64,000 nt of DNA, from NCBI GenBank assembly GCA_040377305.1, contig JBEIPA010000012.1:27653-91652 (forward strand), given 5' to 3'. A model generated the notes under the pieces. The model saw only the letters and a list, made by a program, of their open reading frames with translations, did no database searches and was not told the DNA's origin. Numbering within the stretch: position 1 is the stretch's first letter; each line of letters starts with the position of its first letter. This stretch comes from Flavobacteriales bacterium (GTDB lineage: Bacteria; Bacteroidota; Bacteroidia; Palsa-965). Below are positions 32,401-41,097 of this stretch, in pieces. Both the position numbers and the translations under genes were made by a program.

Positions 32401-35400
32401 TTCCTTCGCACACGGGTGAATTCGAAAACGCAACCATGTTGTTGTGATACAACGCGAGTACTTCATCTGAATTCAACGCGCGATTGTACACGCGACCATC
32501 GTCGTAAATTCCTTCGAAGATTGCATTGCCCAATCCGTTCGCCTGTCTGCCAATCTGGAAATTCGTGATCGTGTTTGTAATAACACCGGTGTACGCCAAA
32601 TCTCCGGTCTGCACACCGTTCTGATAAATTTTCAGTCGCGAACCATTGTACGTTACAACAATATGATGCCAGGTGTTGTACGGAACGTTTTGTGAACTGT
32701 TCACATACGTTGCACCGTTGATTCTCCAACGAACACGATTCATTTGCTGGCCTTGACCAACGTCATAATAATTGTCGAGTCCCATGTACAATCCGTTGTT
32801 CTGCCACTTGTTCATGAGTGGACTGAAGAATCCGTAGTTGGGATTTGTTTCGTAAATCCACAACGACATCGTGATCTGCGTGGTGAGCGCCTGAAAATCT
32901 CCTGGGTTACCTGCGTCGACGTACGCGTTTACCACGGGTTGAAGCGCGTGTGCAGCCTGACCGAGTCGATCGTTAACGTAAGCGCCGTTCCAGTTCAGTG
33001 TTGCGTGATTATTTCGTCCGCTCGAATCGGCCGTGTTGCCATCGAACATCCAGTGTGCAATTAATCCTGTGTAAAGATCAACTGCAGGTGCTGTCGCGAG
33101 ATTGATAGTCGCGGTTACTGCTGTGCGTCCTGTTTCGCATCCGTTAAACAAAATGGATACGTAGTATGTTGTGGTCGTACTCAACGTTGGAGTAGAATAG
33201 GTGGCTCCAACGTGGAATGGACTTCCGCCCACTGCAGCCGTGTACCAATTGTATGTTGCACCAACCGGCGCACCGCTTGCACTTAGTGAAACACTTCCAG
33301 GTTCGCATCGTGATGCTCCGACCGTAGTTGGTAATGCGGGAAGAACAATTACGGTAACTGTCACCGAACTGATGATGACTGAACAGCCGTTCGGGCCTGT
33401 AGCCACAACCTGGAAAGTAGTATTTGCTGTTAAGTTTCCTGTTGCGAATGAAAGTGTATCGCAGTTTCCTGCTTGTGCCGCTCCGATGTTTGCACTCGTT
33501 GCTGCATTCTGTAATTGATATGTAACGCCTTTTTGTGTGCCGATTACTTTAATTGAGCTCGCTGTGTTCGGACAAACCTGGGTTGGAACAGCAACCAGAT
33601 TCATTGCATCCGGTTGTTCCATCATCAGTGAAATCATTTCCTGTTGTGAAATTGCCCGGTTGTAAATCCGGAAATCATCGAACGCGGCATTCGCATACGC
33701 ATCTCCGGCCCACTGACTTCTTCCGATGTAACACATGGTGCGGAGAACGTTTTGCGGAGTCGTGTGCGTACCGGCTGCAATCTGGGTACCGTTCATGTAA
33801 ACCCGCGCCGCATTTCCGGTAAGCGTGTAGGTGAGTAACTGCCACGTGTTCGTGCCGGTTGCTGTTGCACTCGATGCAACACCACCAGACACAGTACCGT
33901 TATAAACTTCTCCATGCGGACGACCATTTGTACCCTGAGACAGACACAGCAACACGTTGTTGTTGGCAGGACCGTTCGCAAAATCGAATACCCGACTCCA
34001 ACTGGTGTACGTGTTTACTTTCACCCAACAGCTTACTGTGAAATCTCCATTGAAGTAAACACCGTCTGGTGCATCAACATATCCATTTGTTCCGTTGAAC
34101 TGAAGCGCTCCACCTGGATTTCCAAAACGATCGTTCACCGCCGTTACACCACCGATCATAGTTCCGTTCAATCCGTTTCCACTCGCATCGTTTGCATTCG
34201 CGTTAAACGGATAGTGCAATATCAATCCTGTTGTAAGCGACGACACCAGTGAAGATGTCTGTGTCATGTTGTTAGGTCCTTGAACAACACTTACAACGGT
34301 TGTAACTGTTGCCGAGCAACCTGCTTTTGTAATGGTGAGCGTATACGTGCCTGCATCAGACAAACCAGCATTCGGAATAACCGGATTTTGTTGTGTGGAA
34401 GAGAATCCGTTCGGTCCATTCCACTGGTAAGTTGCTCCACCGGTAACGTTCGCTCCAAAAAGTGTAAGTGCAGTTCCGCTGCAAACAGGAGAATTCGCAC
34501 TTGCTGCATTGAGCTGATAGAAAATGTAGCGACTGACTGTTCCATTCACATCGTTCCAATGACCGTGTGTGAGCATGTGACCAAAATCCTCATTACTCGC
34601 ATTGTTCGGTTCGCCGGGATACCATGTTGTGTAACCATTGGGATAGCCGCCTTCCCATGCAAACGCTCCTTCTGTGACTTGATCAGTGTATCCGATGAAC
34701 GCACCTGTAGAAACGTGAAGTGCAAGCATATTGTTTGTGGTGTAATCAGGAATGTATGCGAGATTTCCTCCATTAGAAATGCATGTAGTTCTTGCTGTTG
34801 CCCACGTTTGCTGCACATTACTCACAAAATAGTTTCTTCCGTTTGTCGATCCAACAAAGCGAAAAAGTGAAGCCGATGGAATGTCTCCCAATACTCCGTT
34901 GACTGTAAATGTTGCTGTGCTTGCTGCGCCAATGGAAACGGGCGTGTTTGTGATTACTCGAAGCTTGTATCCTGTTCCCGATGGCATTGCTTCCGGAACT
35001 GTACACGTAATAGTTGCTGTTGCCGCATTCGAAACGAGTGATCCTATTTCAACCGGATTCGTGAATGCACCATTCGCATCCGAAATCTGAACACTGTATG
35101 TGTTTCCGTTTGCAATTGCACCTGTTGATGAAATGTCGACCGTGATTTGTTGTCCGGCACACAGCACAGAAGGAGAAATATTCGTCACTGTTCCGGAAAC
35201 TACCCCTACTGTTGACAGCGTTGTCACTTCGTCTGGTGTGAGCGCGCGATTGTACACACGGAATTCATCAATAGCGCCATTCATCGGATACCAGTCTGAT
35301 GCATAGCGAGCGAGCATGAGATTTTTTGTGTTCATCGTTGCGAAATTCGGCGCGCCCGGAGTTGTCTGAACAAGAGTTCCGTTGATGTACATTCTCTGTT

Positions 35401-35941
35401 CAGTGGCATCCATAATGTACACGAAGTGTTGCCACTGGGCTGTGGAAATTCCAGACTGAACAAATTGGCATGTAGTCATACTCACATTGCCAATGCGGTT
35501 GTTCATTGCACCTGCTCCCGTGAGTGAAGTGTTGAACCAAAGTCCGCCACCTGCATCACCATCTTTCGCAAATACACAATGATCGCCGCCTGCAACGACA
35601 TTGCCCGTGCCATTTGTTCCGGTAACACTATTTAGTTTCAGCCAGAATGAAAATGAACATGCAGTTGTAAACTGAAGTGTGGGGCTGTTTGGAATTGTTA
35701 CTTCACCCCAACCGGTTGTACCGTTGAAGTTGTAAGCCGAGTTTGCATTTCCCCACTGATCCGTAGTTGGAGCAGCAGTGCCGCCCGGAATTCCATTGTT
35801 TCCATTTCCACTGTAGTCAAGTGCATTTCCGTTGAACGGATAATATCCTACGAGTCCGTTCGATAAATTCACTTGCGCGAATGATGACATCAGACATGCA
35901 AACACAGCAATTCCAGCGAGTAGTTTCTTCTTCAAATTCAT
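29450..35941 (-). CDS. giant T9SS-secreted adhesin-like protein: 3 LamG-type domains, one C-type lectin domain, many Ig-like repeats, Por secretion tail
   Basis: ATG at 35941 with signal MNLKKKLLAGIAVFACLMSSFAQ. Three LamG-type starts (GYYPFNGNALDYSGNGNNG, HYPFNANANDASGNGLNG, HWMFDGNTADSSGRNNHA). C-type lectin domain with EPN and WND motifs. At least 8 near-identical ~72-aa GPTTFC.GD.VTLTA...YLWS.GATT repeats. C-terminal AYPNPAADFTTVQW...GIYSVRL tail. Confidence 0.9.
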   Translation of the reverse strand: MNLKKKLLAGIAVFACLMSSFAQVNLSNGLVGYYPFNGNALDYSGNGNNGIPGGTAAPTTDQWGNANSAYNFNGTTGWGEVTIPNSPTLQFTTACSFSFWLKLNSVTGTNGTGNVVAGGDHCVFAKDGDAGGGLWFNTSLTGAGAMNNRIGNVSMTTCQFVQSGISTAQWQHFVYIMDATEQRMYINGTLVQTTPGAPNFATMNTKNLMLARYASDWYPMNGAIDEFRVYNRALTPDEVTTLSTVGVVSGTVTNISPSVLCAGQQITVDISSTGAIANGNTYSVQISDANGAFTNPVEIGSLVSNAATATITCTVPEAMPSGTGYKLRVITNTPVSIGAASTATFTVNGVLGDIPSASLFRFVGSTNGRNYFVSNVQQTWATARTTCISNGGNLAYIPDYTTNNMLALHVSTGAFIGYTDQVTEGAFAWEGGYPNGYTTWYPGEPNNASNEDFGHMLTHGHWNDVNGTVSRYIFYQLNAASANSPVCSGTALTLFGANVTGGATYQWNGPNGFSSTQQNPVIPNAGLSDAGTYTLTITKAGCSATVTTVVSVVQGPNNMTQTSSLVSSLTTGLILHYPFNANANDASGNGLNGTMIGGVTAVNDRFGNPGGALQFNGTNGYVDAPDGVYFNGDFTVSCWVKVNTYTSWSRVFDFANGPANNNVLLCLSQGTNGRPHGEVYNGTVSGGVASSATATGTNTWQLLTYTLTGNAARVYMNGTQIAAGTHTTPQNVLRTMCYIGRSQWAGDAYANAAFDDFRIYNRAISQQEMISLMMEQPDAMNLVAVPTQVCPNTASSIKVIGTQKGVTYQLQNAATSANIGAAQAGNCDTLSFATGNLTANTTFQVVATGPNGCSVIISSVTVTVIVLPALPTTVGASRCEPGSVSLSASGAPVGATYNWYTAAVGGSPFHVGATYSTPTLSTTTTYYVSILFNGCETGRTAVTATINLATAPAVDLYTGLIAHWMFDGNTADSSGRNNHATLNWNGAYVNDRLGQAAHALQPVVNAYVDAGNPGDFQALTTQITMSLWIYETNPNYGFFSPLMNKWQNNGLYMGLDNYYDVGQGQQMNRVRWRINGATYVNSSQNVPYNTWHHIVVTYNGSRLKIYQNGVQTGDLAYTGVITNTITNFQIGRQANGLGNAIFEGIYDDGRVYNRALNSDEVLALYHNNMVAFSNSPVCEGNIIQLSSPLIAGATYSWNGPNGFTSNQQVPAPILNAAAIHAGVYTLVISNPNGCVTTPQTNTVVVNPLPVAATTVNDTVCGSGNAVLTASGAPVGGSYQWYSVAVNGTPINGQTSGTYTLTNLTATDTFWVVIVSAAGCPSPTRTPVIAVYNNPMSQAMTVSGATICDDVTTSNVTLNTSQVGVTYQAFWNSTPVSAATNGTGSALTIPINTSGMGSGTQVITITISQPGCGNVNVTDTARINVIAMPNATITPSGPTTFCSGGSVTLSVPMSSSYLWSNGATTQTILVTSGGAYSVAVTNANGCVSNSQVVNVNVIAPPVATLSTGGPTTFCSGDNVVLTAGGGGTYLWSTGATTSAITVSTSGTFYCVVSNGSCTDTTSSVVVTVNPSPTASITAGGPTTFCAGDNVTLFANAANGYLWNTGATTSSIVVTTSGSYNVITTGANGCTAQSSPVTVTVNTTPNATISTSGPTTICQGDVVTLTAGGGTTYTWSTGATTTAINVSTAGNYYCVVSNGTCTDTTSLVTVVVNPAPTAGITASGPLSFCAGDNVTLTADASNSYLWSTGATTQAITVSTSGTYSVTTSSANGCTAVSSPITVTVNSTPSATITASGSTTICQGDVVTLTAGGGTNYLWSSGATTTAINVSVAGTYYCIVSNGMCSDTTSTITVVVNPAPTASISAGGPTTFCTGGNVTLTVASANSYLWSTGATTQSILVSASGTYDCVVTGANGCTANSNSISVTVVPPPTANISAGGPTTFCAGGAVTLTASGGTSYLWSTGATTSSIVVTQSGSYTVDVSNGSCGVTSTAINVTVNPLPNVQFSMGNDTSFCVFSNPLVLTGGSPAGGTYSGPGIIGNQFFPGAAGTGFVTLTYDYTDGNGCYNSANAIVFVDLCMGIDGVTQSNGVLAYPNPAADFTTVQWTADANVSTLEVFDANGKLVYAENVEGKTTTQLDMNDWADGIYSVRLVGSSVQTIRVIRGQ

Positions 35942-36165
35942 GATTTTTTTGTTTGTTTCACGATCACAATACAAAAGTATTGCCGTGACAGCGGGCAAAT
36001 TTACCGGACAGAACTCGTAACCGCGATTAAGGACTTACTTTTGGTATTTCCATGACGTAAGTCGTTGAAAACTAGCAATTAAAGGTACTTGGATGTGAAC
36101 TCACAGTACCCTTGTGTCAAGGTTTTGTCGATTGACTTATCTTCGCAGGAACAAACAAAAAACAC

Positions 36166-38121
36166 ATGAAGAAACTTCTACTCATTTTCACCGCGTTCTT
36201 GAGCATTTCGGCAATGGCTCAAACGCAGATTCAGATGCCGATTTCAACCCAATCCGGAACTTTCTCCGGAAGCGTGCGCGGATATTATTTCGTTGCACCA
36301 ACCTGTTTCACAATTACAGGGCTAATGGTTCCAACTGATGCCAGTACTGGTCCTCAGTCAATCGCGGTAGTTCGGTTCCATTCAAACCTTACTCCACCTT
36401 TGTATTCTGTTACCACAAATGCTTTTACAACATTGTTTCTCACGCAGAATGATCCTACATCCGGTATTATTCCCGTGAACATTCAGGTGGAACAAGGTGA
36501 TGTAATCGGAATTCTGGGTCAGCGGGCAACTGTAAATTCTTATGGCGGCGGAAGCTTTCCTACAACAATTGATGGATTCCCGACAACAGTGAATCGCTTG
36601 GGCATGCAGTTTCCTTTGACAACAACAGCACCACAGCAATTGTGGACAGAAGCAGCAGGAAGCATCAGCCGCGTATTCATGTATTACGATTCGTTGATTA
36701 CTTACAACGTTACTTCCGGACCAATCGGACCACTCACTGAGCAGTTCGGAAACGGCGCTGACACTTCTTTCACTTCATCATGGGATTTTGGTGATGGGTC
36801 TCCACTTGGAACGGGATCGAATCCAACGCACACGTATGCAATGGCGGGTACTTATAACGTGTGTACGTACATCACGAACACTTGTGGAACTGACACATTG
36901 TGTACTTCTGTAACAGTTTGTAATCCTTCACCGGCGGTTGCAGGTTATACATCAAGTGTAGCCGGTCCAACAGTCACTTTCACGGACGGCTCTTCGAATG
37001 CAAGCAACTGGCTTTGGGATTTCGGTGATGCAACTACGTCAACAGCACAAAACCCTTCGCATACGTATGCAATGTCAGGAACGTATAACGTCTGCCAGAT
37101 TGCATACAACGGAACTTGCGACGCAGATACGATTTGTACTTCAATCACAGTATGCGTTGCACCAACAGTTACTTACACTTCTATGGATATGGGTGGCGGA
37201 TTGTACATGTTTAATGATACAACCACCGGCGCAACGTCATGGGCATGGGATTTCGGTGACGGATCACCAATCGGAACAACACAGGATCCTTCACACACAT
37301 ACGCAGTGAACGGAACCTATACCGTGTGCGTTACTGCTTACGGATGTGACAGCACAACCTACTGCAACACCGTTGTTGTTTGTATGCCAACCGTTGCAAA
37401 CTACACAAGCACATCTTCAATGGGCATGGTCATGTTCACAGATGCTTCTGCACACGCAACTTCATGGGCATGGGATTTCGGTGATGCATCTCCGGTTGAC
37501 AACACTCAAAACCCAATGCATACATACGCTACAAATGGCGTGTACACAGTTTGTTTGATTGCTACAGGATGCAGCGGATCAGATACAACCTGCACCATGA
37601 TCACAGTTTGTCCTGAAGCATTGAGTGCGGCGTTTACATCAACAGACACGCTGATGAATGCAACTTTCTCAAATGGTTCAATGAGCGCATCCAGCTACCT
37701 GTGGGATTTCGGTGACGCCTCAACAGACACAGCTGCGAATCCATCGCACACGTATGCTGCAACGGGTCAGTATCTGGTTTGTCTCACTGCATGGAATATC
37801 TGTGGAGATTCAGCTACCACATGTGATACGATTCTCCTGATTATTCTCGACAACAACTCGATGACAACAGGGTCAACAATTGATCTGTATCCGAATCCGG
37901 CGAATGAAGTAGCAACTGTAAACGTTTCTTCAGTGATTTACAGCGGCAACTATGTATTCGAAATGTTTGATGCAGCCGGGAAACTGGTGCGCACGCAAAA
38001 CGGAGTATTCGGTCAGAACATGAACGTAGATCGTAGCGGACTTGAAGGTGGAATTTACATCTACAAGATCAGCGTTGATCAGAACGTTGTTGGTAACGGA
38101 CGTTTGATCTTTACTCAGTAG
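36166..38121 (+). CDS. secreted protein with five PKD domains and T9SS C-terminal sorting domain
   Basis: Signal MKKLLLIFTAFLSISAMAQ. Five W[DL]WDFGD[GA] PKD signatures. C-terminal LYPNPANEVATV...GIYIYKI tail. Confidence 0.85.
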   Translation: MKKLLLIFTAFLSISAMAQTQIQMPISTQSGTFSGSVRGYYFVAPTCFTITGLMVPTDASTGPQSIAVVRFHSNLTPPLYSVTTNAFTTLFLTQNDPTSGIIPVNIQVEQGDVIGILGQRATVNSYGGGSFPTTIDGFPTTVNRLGMQFPLTTTAPQQLWTEAAGSISRVFMYYDSLITYNVTSGPIGPLTEQFGNGADTSFTSSWDFGDGSPLGTGSNPTHTYAMAGTYNVCTYITNTCGTDTLCTSVTVCNPSPAVAGYTSSVAGPTVTFTDGSSNASNWLWDFGDATTSTAQNPSHTYAMSGTYNVCQIAYNGTCDADTICTSITVCVAPTVTYTSMDMGGGLYMFNDTTTGATSWAWDFGDGSPIGTTQDPSHTYAVNGTYTVCVTAYGCDSTTYCNTVVVCMPTVANYTSTSSMGMVMFTDASAHATSWAWDFGDASPVDNTQNPMHTYATNGVYTVCLIATGCSGSDTTCTMITVCPEALSAAFTSTDTLMNATFSNGSMSASSYLWDFGDASTDTAANPSHTYAATGQYLVCLTAWNICGDSATTCDTILLIILDNNSMTTGSTIDLYPNPANEVATVNVSSVIYSGNYVFEMFDAAGKLVRTQNGVFGQNMNVDRSGLEGGIYIYKISVDQNVVGNGRLIFTQ

Positions 38122-38158
38122 GCAGTATGTCAGTAGTGCAGTAGGCAGTCGTGAGGGC
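38116..38158. repeat. GCAGTAGGCAG-type short repeat cluster
   Basis: CAGTAGGCAGTATGTCAGTAGTGCAGTAGGCAGTCGTGAGGGC. Inverted copies (CTGCCTACTGCC) lie at 38227-38320 and 46239-46276. Confidence 0.55.
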
Positions 38159-38183
38159 TGAATTGCTGTAAGAAAAGTATAAG

Positions 38184-38226
38184 AAAGGGGTTGTTCAGGT
38201 GAAGTCTGAATGACCCTTTTTCTTTT
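38184..38226 (+). terminator. possible rho-independent terminator after the PKD gene
   Basis: Imperfect stem AAAGGGGTTGTTCAG / CTGAATGACCCTTT followed by TTCTTTT. Confidence 0.4.
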
Positions 38227-38320
38227 GACTGTCTACTGCCCAAAGCTGATTCACTTGGCGCGATCAGCATACCACTGCAACGACGGGACTGCCTACTGCC
38301 CAACTGCCCAACTGCCTACT
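38227..38320. repeat. CTGCCTACTGCC-type short repeat cluster
   Basis: GACTGTCTACTGCCC and GACTGCCTACTGCCCAACTGCCCAACTGCCTACT. Confidence 0.55.
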
Positions 38321-38331
38321 ATTTAGTAGTT

Positions 38332-39669
38332 TTGTCCTCTATGAACTCCATTCTCATCATTGGCGCTGGCCGGTCTTCTTCCGCACTTATTTCGTATTTA
38401 CTGAAAAACGCCGAAGTGCATGACTGGAATGTCCGCGTTGGCGACATGAATGAACAATTCGCGAAGGATAGAGTAGGCGCGAGCAAACGGGGTACTCCTT
38501 TTCGTTTTGATATCACGAATCAGTCTCAACGTGAAGAGGAAATTCAGAAAGCGGACCTCGTAGTGTCGATGTTGCCTGCGACTATGCACGGACAAGTAGC
38601 AGAAGACTGCGTTCGTTACGGAAAACATCTGGTAACAGCATCGTATGTTTCAGACAAGATGCGTTCGCTGGATGAAGAGGCAAAAAAGAAAGGTGTGATC
38701 CTTCTCAATGAAATCGGATTGGATCCGGGCATTGACCACATGAGTGCTATGCAGATTATTGATGATGTTCATGCACGCGGAGGAGAAATGAAAGCGTTTT
38801 ACTCGTACTGCGGTGGATTGGTTGCTCCCGAATCGAATGATAATCCATGGGGATATAAGTTCTCCTGGAATCCGCGCAATGTGATTCTTGCCGGACAAGG
38901 CGCACCTGCACAGTATATTGAGGATGGAGAACTTCAGGAAGTGGATTACATCGAGTTGTTTTCTTCGGCACGACAAATTGAAGTGAAGGGTCACGGGAAA
39001 TTTGACGCGTATGCCAATCGCGATTCGCTTTCTTACAGAAGTGTGTATGGCTTGGAGAATATTCCAACGATGCTGCGTGGTACGTTGCGTGCAGAAGGCT
39101 TTTGCAAAGCATGGAATGTACTGGTGCAGTTAGGTTGGACAGATGACAGTTACACACAAGAGAATCTGACCGGCTTGAGTTACGCACAACTCACAGAACG
39201 TTTGCTTGGTCAGTGTAAACGTTCCTTGCGTGCAGAAGCTGCGGGTGATGCAGGTCTGGCCGAGAATGATCCCGCAATGGACATGGTGGAATGGATCGGC
39301 ATTTTTGGCGACGAGAAAATTCCGTTCGACAAAGGAAGTCCTGCGCAAATTCTTCAGGAACTTTTGGAACGTAAATGGAAACTGCAGCCTGGCGATAAGG
39401 ATATGATTGTGATGCAGCACGAGTTTGAATATTCACTGAACGGTAATGATGCGAGAATCACTTCTTCACTGGTTGTGAAAGGCGAAGATGAAATTCACAC
39501 CGCGATGGCAAAGACAGTAGGCTTACCAGCGGCCATAGCGGTGAAATTGATTTTGACCGGGCAATATAAATCGAGTGGGGTAGTGGTGCCGGTAAAGAAG
39601 GAATTGTATGAGCCGGTGTTGAAGGAATTAGGAGAGATGGGAATTGTTTTTGAAGAAGTGCACTCCTGA
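38332..39669 (+). CDS. saccharopine dehydrogenase family protein (saccharopine reductase-like)
   Basis: 445 aa. N-terminal Rossmann motif ILIIGAGRSS, GLDPGIDHM motif, and overall length typical of the family. Confidence 0.8.
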   Translation: MSSMNSILIIGAGRSSSALISYLLKNAEVHDWNVRVGDMNEQFAKDRVGASKRGTPFRFDITNQSQREEEIQKADLVVSMLPATMHGQVAEDCVRYGKHLVTASYVSDKMRSLDEEAKKKGVILLNEIGLDPGIDHMSAMQIIDDVHARGGEMKAFYSYCGGLVAPESNDNPWGYKFSWNPRNVILAGQGAPAQYIEDGELQEVDYIELFSSARQIEVKGHGKFDAYANRDSLSYRSVYGLENIPTMLRGTLRAEGFCKAWNVLVQLGWTDDSYTQENLTGLSYAQLTERLLGQCKRSLRAEAAGDAGLAENDPAMDMVEWIGIFGDEKIPFDKGSPAQILQELLERKWKLQPGDKDMIVMQHEFEYSLNGNDARITSSLVVKGEDEIHTAMAKTVGLPAAIAVKLILTGQYKSSGVVVPVKKELYEPVLKELGEMGIVFEEVHS

Positions 39670-39678
39670 TTCATCTCT

Positions 39679-40113
39679 ATGAAGCGTTTCATTCTGCTTC
39701 TGGTCGCTGGAATTCTATTCATGGGATGTGGGTATAACTATTTGAGTTATCGGCACAGGAAGCAATTCCGCGATTCAAAGTCTGAAGTAACGCTCAATCA
39801 AATATCACAATTACGTGTTTTGGATTCTGCAAAGTTTAGTCGGGGAGCACACGTTTACATTCGTCCAATCATGGTGAACAGAAATCACGTTGGAGTTTAT
39901 GGCTACAACCGGAACTCTTCACATTTCGGACGCGTATATTTCTTCGAATACAAGAACGACTCTGTGATTCTCATTTCGCGAAACAATGAGGATAGTTTAC
40001 GCAACGAAGTTGAACGATTTCTCAATGAACATGATTTCAGCAAACGAAAGATTGCGGTAGCTATGAAACGACTGAAGTCGACGTACGATATACTGTCAAC
40101 GGATTCGTTCTGA
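39679..40113 (+). CDS. hypothetical lipoprotein
   Basis: 144-aa ORF with signal plus lipobox (LFMGC). Confidence 0.55.
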   Translation: MKRFILLLVAGILFMGCGYNYLSYRHRKQFRDSKSEVTLNQISQLRVLDSAKFSRGAHVYIRPIMVNRNHVGVYGYNRNSSHFGRVYFFEYKNDSVILISRNNEDSLRNEVERFLNEHDFSKRKIAVAMKRLKSTYDILSTDSF

Positions 40114-40274
40114 GATTGCGGTATTCAATCTACCTCGCGAATCTGAAATCAGTTCCCGAAGACGGAGTTGATTTGCGCAACAAGAATCCGGAATTACTGA
40201 CCAATTTCAAGTGATTGGGATTTTTAACAAGTCAGTGTGTTGCCTAACGTTTGCCCGTTCACTATCTTTCTAAG

Positions 40275-40619
40275 ATGAAAACCAACCTGCTTGTTCGCGT
40301 AATTACACTTTCCGGATTTACAATTCTGATGAGTGGATTTGTTGCGTACAAAGCGGGTGCATTTGAATCGGGCTCGAATGTTAATGCTGACTCTCCGGTT
40401 AAGGATACCCTTTCACCGTTGATTTACGCACCAAGTTCCAAGTCGGGTCCGGTGTTTATTAGTGCTTCAAGTACTCAAGACACGGTAAAGCTACAGTCGA
40501 CAGAGCAGCAAGCACCAAACCAGCGTGCTGAGCCACCAAAAGTGAAGACTTATATGGGTGGAAGTAAATCGAAGCAGGTATTTACTCCTGAGCCAAAAGA
40601 CACAAGCAAGCCGAAATAA
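40275..40619 (+). CDS. hypothetical N-terminally anchored protein with SSKS motifs (paralogue 1)
   Basis: I prefer the ATG at 40275. A TM helix is followed by AYKAGAFESG. Motifs YAPSSKSGPVF and YMGGSKSKQVF. Confidence 0.55.
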   Translation: MKTNLLVRVITLSGFTILMSGFVAYKAGAFESGSNVNADSPVKDTLSPLIYAPSSKSGPVFISASSTQDTVKLQSTEQQAPNQRAEPPKVKTYMGGSKSKQVFTPEPKDTSKPK

Positions 40620-40625
40620 AAGCTG

Positions 40626-41096
40626 ATGAAGACTTTTCATCCTGCGGTAAAGATTCTTACAGCATCAATTTTCTTTTTGTTGATGTTCGCGTTTGTTGCG
40701 TTCAGATCGGGAGCGTTTGACGGAACACGAGCAGCACAAATCAAGCTTCATGTGAGTCGGACAGGAAAAAGTCATCACCAGAAATCAAACGATCCGAATA
40801 AAAGAGCAGTTCACGAAGGACGTCCAACGCTTAAGCAACGTGCTTCGACAATTGAGATAAATCCAGAATGGGCAATGATGGCCAGTTCGAAGACAATTGT
40901 TGCTACACCTGTACATTGGTCTTTCGTCGGAAATTCTTTTGGGTCTAATGCCTCACGCGCTATGATGTCGAGTTCCAAATCAACTCTCATGGTCTCTGAA
41001 GCGGAATTATATTCAGTCTACCGTGGAATTTTTAATGTTCCTTATAGCGACAAAACAGTAGGTAAAAACGAACAGCTGAAGCAAGGCAAGAAGTAA
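40626..41096 (+). CDS. hypothetical N-terminally anchored protein with SSKS motifs (paralogue 2)
   Basis: A TM helix is followed by AFRSGAFDG. Motifs MMASSKTIVA and MMSSSKSTLMV. The stop lies 1 nt before the next gene's ATG. Confidence 0.55.
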   Translation: MKTFHPAVKILTASIFFLLMFAFVAFRSGAFDGTRAAQIKLHVSRTGKSHHQKSNDPNKRAVHEGRPTLKQRASTIEINPEWAMMASSKTIVATPVHWSFVGNSFGSNASRAMMSSSKSTLMVSEAELYSVYRGIFNVPYSDKTVGKNEQLKQGKK

Positions 41097-41097
41097 G

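Noticed and set aside
29384-35306. Dozens of 60-200-aa ORFs on both strands inside the adhesin gene, for example 34280-34870 (+), 33914-34252 (+) and 30840-31142 (-).
   Set aside because: They are shadow frames of a long, repeat-rich, compositionally biased gene whose own frame is open for 2182 codons with clear domain content.
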